Source of the DNA: a virus
Lineage: Duplodnaviria > Heunggongvirae > Uroviricota > Caudoviricetes
Virus record (IMG/VR): IMGVR_UViG_3300033153_011579
Strand: one strand, 5' to 3'
Length of the DNA: 64,000 nt
Below, in pieces: positions 38,247 through 46,738 of the stretch. Position numbers and translations under genes: made by a program. The notes beneath the pieces were generated by a model. It did not search any database and was not told the DNA's origin. It saw only the letters and a list, made by a program, of their open reading frames with translations. Numbering within the stretch: position 1 is the first letter of the stretch; every line of letters starts with the position of its first letter.

Positions 38247-40275
38247 ACAACTCGGGGAAGCACTCGAAAAGAGCTTCGACAGAACCATCAGGGATTTCAG
38301 AACCGAGAGCCGGTCCACCGGCACCACGGGCCTCGATGCGCTCGAGCAGCTCGGGAGGGAGTTCGAAACCGTCAGCGTCAACATACATAGGAAAAACGAG
38401 CACGGTAAGTACACCCTGTTCTCTCCACTCGAGGGCGTGGCCGTCGCCGACCTCCTGCAGCAGGGGTACGACGTCTTTTGCAAGAACGAGGGCGGCGAGG
38501 GCGACTACAAGGTGGAGGTTGTCATCCCGGCGAAGGAGCCGGGGAAGCCACCCGTCCGTCGCTGGGAGGGGCCGTTCATCGTGAGCGGCACGCCGCGGCT
38601 CGAGGTCTCCAAGACCGAGATGTCCAAGCAACAGAACAGTTTCGGATTTCCGTTCAACATGATGAGCGGCCTCCCCGCGAACACCGCCGCCGCCGGCAAC
38701 CAGGGAGGAGCTCCCTACGTCCGCGACCTGCTCCAGCAGATGAACAAGTCCTCCGAGAGCCAGAACAACATGGTGCAGCAGATGATGGGCCTCATGATGA
38801 TGAAGGACATGATGCCCGGCGCGGACCAGAAGAAGAACGGCGAGACCGACGCCAATAACCCGGCCGTGCTCGCGCTCCAGACCCAGGTCAGCGAGGTGAC
38901 CCGACGGCTCGACGACGAGCGCCGACGGTCGGAGGACGACCGCCGATCTCGAGATCAGGAAAAGCGTATCGAGGCCGCCGAGCGACGCGCCGAGGAGAAC
39001 CACCGAGAGGTACTCCGCCTGCTCGACAACAACAAGACCACCGAGACCATCGAGCTCATGAAGCTCCAGCGCGACGGCCAGGGCTCCAAGGACGACTCGT
39101 TCCTCAAGCTGATGGCCATGAACCGTGAGGATTCCAACCAGTCCCAGGCGCGGTTCGACGGGCTCATGATGAAGCTGTTCGACAAGCCAGACGGCGTCGA
39201 CCAGAGCTCGAAGGTCATGGGCATGATGATGGAGTCGTCCGTCGCCCAGCTCAACATGATGACCCAGATCGCCGCGAGCGGTCTCGCCGGAGGTTCCGAA
39301 AACCCGTGGATCGACCTCGTCCGCGAAGGGGTCGGCACGGTCAAGGAAGGTTTCAAGGGCGTCCTCGCCATGAAGTACGGCATCGACATGGACGGCGACG
39401 ACGAGGACGGCGAAGATGGCGAAGAGGCCCCGGCCCCCCTCACCCAGCACGTCCCGCCGGCGAAGATCGAAGCGCGGACCGACCCGGAGACCGGAGAGGC
39501 GGTACCGGAAGAAGCACAGACCACCGTCGACCAGCCGGCTCCAGAAGAAGACACCGAGGACGAAATCCCGCAGAGCGCGCTCGACGACGCCGACGAGCTC
39601 AAAAAATACATCCTCACCGACGACGAGCTCACGGGGCTCGCGCAAAACCGGCAGACGCAAAAAATCCTCAAGGCCGTCGAGGAGAAGGACTATCCGCAGG
39701 CCACCGCCCGGATCTTCGAGCGCGTCCGTGGCAAGTCGCCCGTCCACAAGCGCTGGCTCAAAGCCCCCGGCCCGCTCACCGCGCAGATCCTCACGCACTT
39801 CGGGCTCACGCACCACATGTTCGCGATGACCCAGAACCTGATCGACTTCATCGGCCATATGAACGGCGGTGGAAATCCGAACGACTGGTCCGAGAACTAC
39901 AAGCCGGTCAAGGAAAAGAAGGAGAGCAAGATGAAACCCGACAACCCCGCAGCCACCGAGCTGGGCGTGACCATGGGCGAGCGCAAGGAAGGCGAGGACT
40001 ACGACGCGTCGAAGGTTCCCGACGATCCCAAGCTGGCCGAGCTGGCCGAGCAGCAGCGAGCTCTGCGCGAAGAGAAGAACGTGCTCGACCAGATGGAGCA
40101 GATCGAAGAGAACATCGGGTTGCTCAAGGAAGGGAAGATCGACCCGCAGCGCGCGGCGTTCCTGCGCACGGAGAAGAAGCTCCCGGCGTCCGGAGAAGAG
40201 GACGAGGCGCTCAAGGAGATCGCAAAGCTGCGGCACGACATAAAGAAGCAGCAGGCCGAGGAGGGGAGGGCTTAA
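38230..40275 (+). CDS. Large Met-rich / coiled-coil / acidic protein (681 aa), possible scaffold-like virion assembly protein
   Basis: MVQQMMGLMMMKDMMPG, RRLDDERRRSEDDRRSRDQEKRIEAAERRAEE, DMDGDDEDGEDGEE; function unassigned. Confidence 0.6.
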   Translation: MTKMGKQLGEALEKSFDRTIRDFRTESRSTGTTGLDALEQLGREFETVSVNIHRKNEHGKYTLFSPLEGVAVADLLQQGYDVFCKNEGGEGDYKVEVVIPAKEPGKPPVRRWEGPFIVSGTPRLEVSKTEMSKQQNSFGFPFNMMSGLPANTAAAGNQGGAPYVRDLLQQMNKSSESQNNMVQQMMGLMMMKDMMPGADQKKNGETDANNPAVLALQTQVSEVTRRLDDERRRSEDDRRSRDQEKRIEAAERRAEENHREVLRLLDNNKTTETIELMKLQRDGQGSKDDSFLKLMAMNREDSNQSQARFDGLMMKLFDKPDGVDQSSKVMGMMMESSVAQLNMMTQIAASGLAGGSENPWIDLVREGVGTVKEGFKGVLAMKYGIDMDGDDEDGEDGEEAPAPLTQHVPPAKIEARTDPETGEAVPEEAQTTVDQPAPEEDTEDEIPQSALDDADELKKYILTDDELTGLAQNRQTQKILKAVEEKDYPQATARIFERVRGKSPVHKRWLKAPGPLTAQILTHFGLTHHMFAMTQNLIDFIGHMNGGGNPNDWSENYKPVKEKKESKMKPDNPAATELGVTMGERKEGEDYDASKVPDDPKLAELAEQQRALREEKNVLDQMEQIEENIGLLKEGKIDPQRAAFLRTEKKLPASGEEDEALKEIAKLRHDIKKQQAEEGRA

Positions 40276-40511
40276 TGGTCAACCACCAGGACCTGATGAA
40301 GCAGGCCGAGGCCATCTTCATCTTCTTCGAGCGAGAGGTGGAAAAATACGAGCGCGACCAGGGCGCACAGATGCTGACCGACAAGCCCACCAGAGAGGTG
40401 TGTCGGAAGACGCTGGTCGCCGCCGGGAACTACATCGCGAGAGCTATCGACGACCTCACCAAGATCGACGAGCACGAAGAGCTGCAGAAGAAGCAGCATC
40501 AGGAAGGGTAA
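40275..40511 (+). CDS. Hypothetical protein (78 aa)
   Basis: MVNHQDLMKQAEAIFIFFEREVEKYE...; TAATG coupling. Confidence 0.5.
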   Translation: MVNHQDLMKQAEAIFIFFEREVEKYERDQGAQMLTDKPTREVCRKTLVAAGNYIARAIDDLTKIDEHEELQKKQHQEG

Positions 40512-40512
40512 A

Positions 40513-40872
40513 ATGAAAGTCATCATCCACCCGCTTGGCGAGCGCGTACTCGTCGAGCCGTTCGACCTCGAAGGGGCGACCGCCGCCGGCGTCATCATCC
40601 CGCTCTCCAAGGGCTCCCACAAGCTCGGGAAGATAGTCGCCGTCGGCGACGACCTCGAGCCGTTGTGTGAAGAGACCGAAGCGGAGAGCGAGCTCGACGA
40701 CGACGAGGAGCTCGACCCCGTGAGCTCTTGGGGCCCCCCCCCTGTCGCGGTCGGCGACAGCATCATCTACAACCGCTTCCTCCCGCTCATCCTCCCCACC
40801 GATGATTCGAAAATCGAGAAGCACATGGTTGCGCTCGAGGACATCCAGGGCCGGGTCGAGATCGAAAAGTGA
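40513..40872 (+). CDS. GroES/Hsp10-like co-chaperonin with acidic insertion
   Basis: MKVIIHPLGERVLVEPFDLEGATAAGVIIPLS...GKIVAVGDD...VAVGDSIIY. Confidence 0.65.
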   Translation: MKVIIHPLGERVLVEPFDLEGATAAGVIIPLSKGSHKLGKIVAVGDDLEPLCEETEAESELDDDEELDPVSSWGPPPVAVGDSIIYNRFLPLILPTDDSKIEKHMVALEDIQGRVEIEK

Positions 40873-41207
40873 ACATGTTCGAAAAACCGGTGGTCGTCGG
40901 GCCGCTGAGAGAGGAAGAGAAAATGTCAGCAGATAGAACCATCGACGCGGGGAAGGCGCGAGAGGCTGCCAAGGAGATCGGGGGACTCTTCTACGAGACC
41001 AAGGTGCAGACCAAGAAGCAGGCACGTGAGGTCGCACTCAGGATGGCCGATATGCCGATCGACTGGCACGGTATCATCGAGATCGTCGAGGACGGCCTCT
41101 TCGTGCACCACGGCTCACTCGAGACGGTAAAGTTGCTCCAGATTGCCGAGGGTGCCTGGACCGACCAGACGCTGGCCCTCACGTTTGTCGGCAAGCTGTT
41201 CGACTGA
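40869..41207 (+). CDS. Hypothetical protein (112 aa; ATG alternative at 40875)
   Basis: ORF track. Confidence 0.5.
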   Translation: MNMFEKPVVVGPLREEEKMSADRTIDAGKAREAAKEIGGLFYETKVQTKKQAREVALRMADMPIDWHGIIEIVEDGLFVHHGSLETVKLLQIAEGAWTDQTLALTFVGKLFD

Positions 41208-41311
41208 TCCTCAGCGAAAAACACCAATTCACGAAAAAAAAGAAGTCGTCCCAACACCCTGATAATCATGGGCAAACTCCTTAACAAGCCCATGTGTGCA
41301 AAAAAACACAC

Positions 41312-41339
41312 TTGACTACAATGTGAGATATAGATTACA
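41312..41339 (+). promoter_or_regulatory. Weak promoter candidate (possibly near-leaderless transcript)
   Basis: CACTTGACT - 16 nt - ATTACA, 9 nt before ATG 41349, which has no SD; the CACTTGAC context is shared with 36228. Confidence 0.25.
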
Positions 41340-41348
41340 CCAACACAC

Positions 41349-41951
41349 ATGAACCCAGAGGTGCATCGTGGGGTCACGAGCATCAAGCAACGACTCGACC
41401 TGATAGCACAAAGGATCGATGTCAGCGTTCGTAGACCCCAGAAATCCTTAGACGGACGGCAGTTCATGCTCAAGGATTTCACTCACTTCATCGTTCGCGG
41501 TACCCCACAACACGGCCCAGCATCAGAAGAAGAGCCCATCAACGCGGTGTTCAGCTACGTGAAAAACAACATCGAGTACCGCCAGGATCCGACGGGCTAC
41601 GACTACTACATGGGTGCCGGGCGCATCATCAACTCCAAGGCCGGCGACTGCGACGACCTCACCATCATCATCTGCGCGATGCTCGACAGCATCGGCTACC
41701 GCACTGGAGCTCGGGTGATCTCTCCCGACGGGCACCAGTGGCACATCTACTCGCTCGCCGGGGTCGACCCTGCGTTCAACGGGGAGCCCTCGAGAGTCGT
41801 ACCGCTCGACGCTGCCTACGGTGACGAGCCCGGCTGGGAGCCGTCGAACAGATTTCGAAAGTACGAGCAGCAATGCACCTTCTTTAAGGGCAAGGTCGTT
41901 GGCTACAAGGTCGTCCGGGACGGCGGGTCCTGGTTCAATTTTTTCAGGTAG
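41349..41951 (+). CDS. Transglutaminase-like cysteine peptidase domain protein
   Basis: SKAGDCDDLTIIICAMLDSIGYRTGARVISPDGHQWHIYS...VPLDA (Cys-His-Asp arrangement). Confidence 0.7.
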   Translation: MNPEVHRGVTSIKQRLDLIAQRIDVSVRRPQKSLDGRQFMLKDFTHFIVRGTPQHGPASEEEPINAVFSYVKNNIEYRQDPTGYDYYMGAGRIINSKAGDCDDLTIIICAMLDSIGYRTGARVISPDGHQWHIYSLAGVDPAFNGEPSRVVPLDAAYGDEPGWEPSNRFRKYEQQCTFFKGKVVGYKVVRDGGSWFNFFR

Positions 41952-41961
41952 GAGGGTACCA

Positions 41962-42927
41962 ATGGCCGTCAGGAATCCCAGTCTCGCCGCGCAGAACATG
42001 CCGCCCGAGTTTCGTTTCAAACCGACCAAAATCTATTACGACAAGCCGCCACGGAACACCGTCTACGAGGACGCCCTGGGGTCCGGTGGGAAAGCCCCGA
42101 TCGACCCGCGCCTCCAGCGGCTGCTCGACCCGATCACCTGGAAGTCCGACCGCTCGCCGGTCGCCAACATGCAGCAGAGCGCGCACGGCGTGATCTCGAA
42201 ACTCATCCACGAACACAAGCACTCGCAGACCCCCCGCACCATCATCCGCAAGAACGTCCCGAAGATAACGATCAACACGAGGCACGAAGAGCAGCCCGGA
42301 GCTCGCCAGCCGCTCATGCGCGGCAACCGCACCCCGCAGCAGGTGGCGCGCGGTGTGAAGACCACGCACAGGCCCGTCAGGCCGGGTCCGGACATCAACA
42401 AGATCAACGCCATCCTCGACCCACGGCGTGGCTTCAAGCCCGGGTCGGCCGAGGCGTACCGCAACCTCCTGATGCAGGCCACCCCGGAGTCGGTCGAGCA
42501 GATCGCCGCGAAGGCGGAGCGCGCTGCAGAAAAGCGCGAGGAGCCCACGACGTCCATCGGCAGTCACCAGTTCACCGACGCGGAGCTCCAGGCGGCCCCC
42601 CCCGGTCTGATCAAGGTGATGGTCGACCGCGAACTTCAACGACGCACCAAGAAGAACAAGCCGCGCGTGATGTTCGACCCGAGAGAATCTCGCGGTCTGT
42701 CGACACACGGGCAGTACACCACCATCCCGCGACCTGGTCTCGTCGAGTTCGAGCCCGGGAAGTTCATGCGGCCCGAGCAGCTCGGCATGACGGCAAACGA
42801 AGCGGTGGTCGCGATGGATTCCAACGGTCAGCCGAAGCCGAAGGTCGGCGGCGGGTCGATCCTCCTCGGCCTCGGTGCCGCGGCTCTCGCGATCCTCGGC
42901 CTCTCGATGGTAGTGGGTGGGAGATAG
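41962..42927 (+). CDS. Hypothetical virion-block protein with C-terminal TM (321 aa)
   Basis: GGAGGG SD; ends GGGSILLGLGAAALAILGLSMVVGGR*. Confidence 0.6.
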   Translation: MAVRNPSLAAQNMPPEFRFKPTKIYYDKPPRNTVYEDALGSGGKAPIDPRLQRLLDPITWKSDRSPVANMQQSAHGVISKLIHEHKHSQTPRTIIRKNVPKITINTRHEEQPGARQPLMRGNRTPQQVARGVKTTHRPVRPGPDINKINAILDPRRGFKPGSAEAYRNLLMQATPESVEQIAAKAERAAEKREEPTTSIGSHQFTDAELQAAPPGLIKVMVDRELQRRTKKNKPRVMFDPRESRGLSTHGQYTTIPRPGLVEFEPGKFMRPEQLGMTANEAVVAMDSNGQPKPKVGGGSILLGLGAAALAILGLSMVVGGR

Positions 42928-43279
42928 CGTGGGCGACGTCATCACACTGGACGGCCTCGACTCCACGACACTCTCCGGCACGAAGTGCGGGAAGCTCGTG
43001 TCGATCAACGCTCCGATGCTCGGGCAGAGCGTCCAGGTGTGCGAAACTGACGTCAGCCGCATGGCAGGCCTCGCGGGCGTCAAGCGCCGTCCTGGCCGCC
43101 CCAAGAACACCACCGTCAAGAACGGAGCGCGCAAGCCCCGGTTCAAGGGCTGCGGCTCTACCAAGGTAGTGAAGACCAAAAAAGGGAAGAAGATCTGTAA
43201 GTGTGCAGATCGTGGAAACGGGCAGATCCTGCCCCATAAATCCTGTGGGTTGGGAAAGCCCACGAAAAGGAGTCGATGA
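42917..43279 (+). CDS. Lys-rich basic protein (120 aa, GTG start)
   Basis: ...RPGRPKNTTVKNGARKPRFKGCGSTKVVKTKKGKKICKCADRGNG. Confidence 0.5.
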   Translation: MGDSVGDVITLDGLDSTTLSGTKCGKLVSINAPMLGQSVQVCETDVSRMAGLAGVKRRPGRPKNTTVKNGARKPRFKGCGSTKVVKTKKGKKICKCADRGNGQILPHKSCGLGKPTKRSR

Positions 43280-43398
43280 TGGCCAGACGGAAGAAGAAGA
43301 AGGGTATCCGCACTGCTTCGGGTCGCTGCCGGTTCGGCAAGGTCAAGAAGGGCCGCCGGAAGGGCGCTTGCCTCAAGTCCAAGCGCGCCCGCAAGTAG
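43276..43398 (+). CDS. Very basic mini-protein (40 aa; below ORF-track cutoff)
   Basis: MMARRKKKKGIRTASGRCRFGKVKKGRRKGACLKSKRARK*; ATGA coupling. Confidence 0.45.
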   Translation: MMARRKKKKGIRTASGRCRFGKVKKGRRKGACLKSKRARK

Positions 43399-43471
43399 CC
43401 TTCGCCTGCTCTTTTAGCGGGCGGAACACACCGCAGCAGGCGAGTGATCCGCCCTGCGGAAGGAGGAGAAC

Positions 43472-43582
43472 ATGAAGAAGGGTACGTGCAAGCAGAACAA
43501 GAACAAACGCGGAGCCAAATGGGTCTGCCGGTCGAAGAAAACCGGCAGGGTCAAATTCTCCAAAACAAAGCTCTACAAGTGA
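43472..43582 (+). CDS. Very basic mini-protein (36 aa; below ORF-track cutoff)
   Basis: MKKGTCKQNKNKRGAKWVCRSKKTGRVKFSKTKLYK*; GGAGGAG 4 nt upstream. Confidence 0.45.
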   Translation: MKKGTCKQNKNKRGAKWVCRSKKTGRVKFSKTKLYK

Positions 43583-43590
43583 GCTCAACG

Positions 43591-44154
43591 ATGACGGGGT
43601 TTCCCGTCGAGGAGGACCAGAAGATGCGAAAGCGCAGCGATGACGCGGTCTCCGGCAGGGGACCACAGGACGACCAGTTCGTGGAAAAAAACGACGACAC
43701 CGACGTTGGTGCCTACACCATCGAGCCTCTGGCGGGAGTAATGGGCCTCGGGGCCAAAGACTTCCTTCCGCCCGCGGCCGGTGGCCTCGGCTACTTCGTC
43801 GCAACGTGGCTGGTGAACCGCTTCGGCGGGAACATCTCCGGCTACCTGACCCGGTTCGCTCCTCTCGTGGGCGGAGTGCTCGGGGCCTTGCTCAACGGCG
43901 TGGCCTTGCCCTTCGTCGCCAAGGGAAACGGGAAGAAGATGGTGGCGCAAGCCGCCGCCACTTCGCTGACCATGGGGATCATGTCCCAGATCCTCCGCGA
44001 GACCTCTGGCCTCGGAGCAGTCGTCATCGACCGGATCGCAGGAGCCGGTCCGATGGGTGCGCTCCCCGGCCCGACAGTCCACGGCGCAGGGACGATGCCC
44101 AGGCAGATCCGACAGACACTCGACAAGAGCGTCTATGGAAACTCGTGGGGCTAG
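43591..44154 (+). CDS. Gly-rich multi-pass membrane protein (187 aa)
   Basis: AAGGLGYFVATWLVNRFGG, FAPLVGGVLGALLNGVALPFVA, AAATSLTMGIMSQIL. Confidence 0.55.
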   Translation: MTGFPVEEDQKMRKRSDDAVSGRGPQDDQFVEKNDDTDVGAYTIEPLAGVMGLGAKDFLPPAAGGLGYFVATWLVNRFGGNISGYLTRFAPLVGGVLGALLNGVALPFVAKGNGKKMVAQAAATSLTMGIMSQILRETSGLGAVVIDRIAGAGPMGALPGPTVHGAGTMPRQIRQTLDKSVYGNSWG

Positions 44155-44218
44155 GCCCCGCAAAACCCGTTAGGTCGATCGCTGAAAAGCACGCCTGACA
44201 CAGAGGAGAAAACAAGCC

Positions 44219-44929
44219 ATGGCCGTCAACACAATCGAATTGCCTTCGGGCGAGATCTTCACCATCGCCGATTGGGGCGATTTCCCGCTGTACTCGCGCG
44301 CCCAGATCGCTCCCGGCAACGCGCAGGACGTGATTGTTTTCAATTACGTCGAAGCCCAGCCGATCCCGGGCGGCGGTGTCGCCGCGGCGCTGTCAACGCT
44401 GATTGACAGCAATCTCGAGCAGGACTCCGCACTGCCCATCGACGAGCAGATGATCGTCTTCTCCGTCCAGATCCGTTTCGACGAAGCGGACTCGGATGCA
44501 GCCGGCCTGGTGACGCAGGCGGACAGCGGTGCAGAGGGCATGATCAAGTGGCTCAACATCACGCACAACACGTATTTCGAGCTGACGGTGACGAGCCAGA
44601 AGCCTCGGGTACAGGGCGTGATCACCGAGTTCCCGATCGGTGGTGGGTTGTACTGGCAGCAGTCCCGTGACACCGGCGCGACCGTGGCCGGCTACACGCC
44701 GACGCCGATGCCGTACGACAACAACGTGGCCTACGAGGTCATCAACGGGTTCCCGACCGCCGAAGCGGCTCGCCGCCTCGCGCTGCCGGTCCACATCCCG
44801 ACGATGCAGACCTTCAAGGGCCGCTTCCGGTGGCCGCGTGGTGCGCTGCCCGCCGGCGGTATCAGCCCGGTGACGGACTTCGGTCTGACCGTGTTCCTCT
44901 ACGGACCGCGTCAGCGCCAGGTCGACTAG
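44219..44929 (+). CDS. Putative major structural (capsid-candidate) protein (236 aa)
   Basis: Strong SD-like CTGACACAGAGGAGAAAAC upstream; followed by a very stable hairpin; beta-strand-rich sequence. Confidence 0.5.
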   Translation: MAVNTIELPSGEIFTIADWGDFPLYSRAQIAPGNAQDVIVFNYVEAQPIPGGGVAAALSTLIDSNLEQDSALPIDEQMIVFSVQIRFDEADSDAAGLVTQADSGAEGMIKWLNITHNTYFELTVTSQKPRVQGVITEFPIGGGLYWQQSRDTGATVAGYTPTPMPYDNNVAYEVINGFPTAEAARRLALPVHIPTMQTFKGRFRWPRGALPAGGISPVTDFGLTVFLYGPRQRQVD

Positions 44930-44935
44930 CCGAGC

Positions 44936-44997
44936 GATCCTACCTATTCACCACTCCCCGAGCCGACCGGCTCGGGGAGTTCCGAGGTGGTAGGATC
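44936..44997 (+). terminator. Strong nested stem-loop after the capsid-candidate gene (attenuator/terminator-like)
   Basis: Inner CTCCCCGAGCCG-AC-CGGCTCGGGGAG (44954-44979); outer GATCCTACC / GGTAGGATC; only TT follows. Confidence 0.45.
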
Positions 44998-45008
44998 AGG
45001 AGGCTGGT

Positions 45009-45911
45009 ATGACGGAAAAATTCTTCTCCCCGCGCTGGTTGCACCAGTCCGTAGAGATCGGTGCCACCAGCCACCGGCCAGTTCCCTCGGCGTTCTTCGC
45101 GAACAACGAGGTTTGGAATTGGCATCTGGTGTATCTCGCGATCGTCGGCACTGCCGCGCTCGACGAGGCGGGGAACTACTCGCACGCGCTGGGCGGCGTG
45201 GCCAGGCGCTTGCGCCTGAATATCGGCATGTCGCAGATGGGCGACATCAACGTCGTGCCGTCCAACGGTCACGCGATGTTCGGTCCTAACGAGTCGTACC
45301 TCGTGCACTCGAACGACTTGAACATCGGCGCGGCCCTGCGGTTCGACCCGAAGTATCCTTACCAGCTTCCTCCCGACACGGGCATCGCCGCGCGCGTCAG
45401 GAACGACAACCTGACCTACAACATCGACAACCTCGGCTGTTTGTTCATGGGGTTCGACGAGCCGGCAGGGTTCGGCGAAGGCCCGCGCAACCCGGTCCAC
45501 ATCGGAGCTCGCGCGATCGAGGAGCTGCAGCCCGGCGGCGACTTCACGTTCGACGACGCCGATTTGTTCAACGACGGAGAGCACCCGGCGACCTTGACCG
45601 ACATGGTTTTACAAGGGTTCGCTCTCAATGAGCAGAATGTTTCGAACAACACATGGGACCAGGTCTCCTGGCTCCTGAACCCGAGCACCGGGCCCGAGTG
45701 GATGCCGAACGACCAGCCGATCCCGGTCGGCTGCCTCTGCCCGTTCAACCGCGGCATCCTCGACGCTAACGACGTCGGACCTCGAGCGTACGTCTTCCCG
45801 GAAGAGACGATCATGAAGCCGCGCCAGCGGATCTCGATCGAAGCGTTCAACTACTCGGCGTCGGAGCAGATCTTCGAAGTCTGCCTGTTCGGATATTTGG
45901 AGGTGGCATGA
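45009..45911 (+). CDS. Structural-block protein, beta-sandwich-like (300 aa)
   Basis: AGGAGG SD; C-terminal ETIMKPRQRISIEAFNYSASEQIFEVCLFGYLEV motif shared with neighbours. Confidence 0.6.
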   Translation: MTEKFFSPRWLHQSVEIGATSHRPVPSAFFANNEVWNWHLVYLAIVGTAALDEAGNYSHALGGVARRLRLNIGMSQMGDINVVPSNGHAMFGPNESYLVHSNDLNIGAALRFDPKYPYQLPPDTGIAARVRNDNLTYNIDNLGCLFMGFDEPAGFGEGPRNPVHIGARAIEELQPGGDFTFDDADLFNDGEHPATLTDMVLQGFALNEQNVSNNTWDQVSWLLNPSTGPEWMPNDQPIPVGCLCPFNRGILDANDVGPRAYVFPEETIMKPRQRISIEAFNYSASEQIFEVCLFGYLEVA

Positions 45912-46738
45912 TGAAGAACTACCTCCCGTTCGCAGTGCGCGAAATCCGGACGTCCGCAGGGGTCAACTGGGCCGGCGGCATCCCGCCGACGCAGAGCGCG
46001 GTCCAGGTCGTCTCGCTCGACGTGGGTTTTGGCGAGAAGGTGATCTTGCAAGACCTGAACGTCTACGCCTACACCGGCGGCGAGGCCGAGCCGTCGACCC
46101 AGCTGCTGATGCGCGTCGGCTACCTCGGCAAGGGATACCTCACCGAGCGCCGGCTGCCCGCCGGACTGTTCATCAACAAGTCCCGCCCGGCGGTACCGGT
46201 CTGGGAGTTCATCAGGCCGTACATCCTCTACCCGAACCAGCAGCTGCGAGCTCGGGTGGCGACGGCCCGGAACGTCTTCGGGAGCCAGGGCCTGATGTTC
46301 AGCGGCGTGAGGCTCAAGGACAACCGTCCTTGCATGCTGTACGACACGACGGAGAACGTGATCGCCGCCGGCGGTGGCGCGGGGTTCGTCGATACCAGCT
46401 TGCGCTGCCCGGGAGACTCCCCGGTCGCGTTGCACTCGGTGTCGATCGCCGACTGGGACTTCACGAAGACCGCCAACACCTCGGTGGTGCAGATCTGGAG
46501 CCCGCACGGTAGGGAGTGGTTCCAGGTGTCGCCGTTCGCCGGGCCGCCCCCGGCAGCCGACCAGAAGTGGATCGACCCCCCCGTCGACATGCTGTCGCTC
46601 GAGGAGTTCCGCGGCTGGAGCATCGGATCAGGCCAGACGTTCCTGGTCGAGTTCGAAAACACCGGACCCGACAACTTCAACGTCATGGTGACCTTACGGG
46701 GCTCCGTGGAGGTCGATGAGGAGGACCGTCATGGTTGA
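45908..46738 (+). CDS. Structural-block protein with internally duplicated strand motif (276 aa)
   Basis: ATGA coupling; YILYPNQQLRARVA...GLMFSGVRL and GSGQTFLVEFEN...VMVTLRGSVEV. Confidence 0.6.
   Translation: MMKNYLPFAVREIRTSAGVNWAGGIPPTQSAVQVVSLDVGFGEKVILQDLNVYAYTGGEAEPSTQLLMRVGYLGKGYLTERRLPAGLFINKSRPAVPVWEFIRPYILYPNQQLRARVATARNVFGSQGLMFSGVRLKDNRPCMLYDTTENVIAAGGGAGFVDTSLRCPGDSPVALHSVSIADWDFTKTANTSVVQIWSPHGREWFQVSPFAGPPPAADQKWIDPPVDMLSLEEFRGWSIGSGQTFLVEFENTGPDNFNVMVTLRGSVEVDEEDRHG

Noticed and set aside
38068-40236. 722-aa ORF on the minus strand
   Set aside because: It is an antisense shadow of the better-supported 38230..40275 (+) gene. Its product is a low-complexity Arg/Leu/Gly/Val run typical of high-GC antisense frames, and it has no SD or coupling context.
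38230-40275. 681-aa protein as a portal or tape-measure protein
   Set aside because: The size is compatible, but the sequence is Met-rich, coiled-coil and poly-acidic low complexity, with no motif I can tie to portal or TMP families. It is left as unassigned or scaffold-like.
41944-43263. 439-aa ORF on the minus strand
   Set aside because: It is an antisense shadow of 41962..42927 and 42917..43279. It has low-complexity Arg-rich content.
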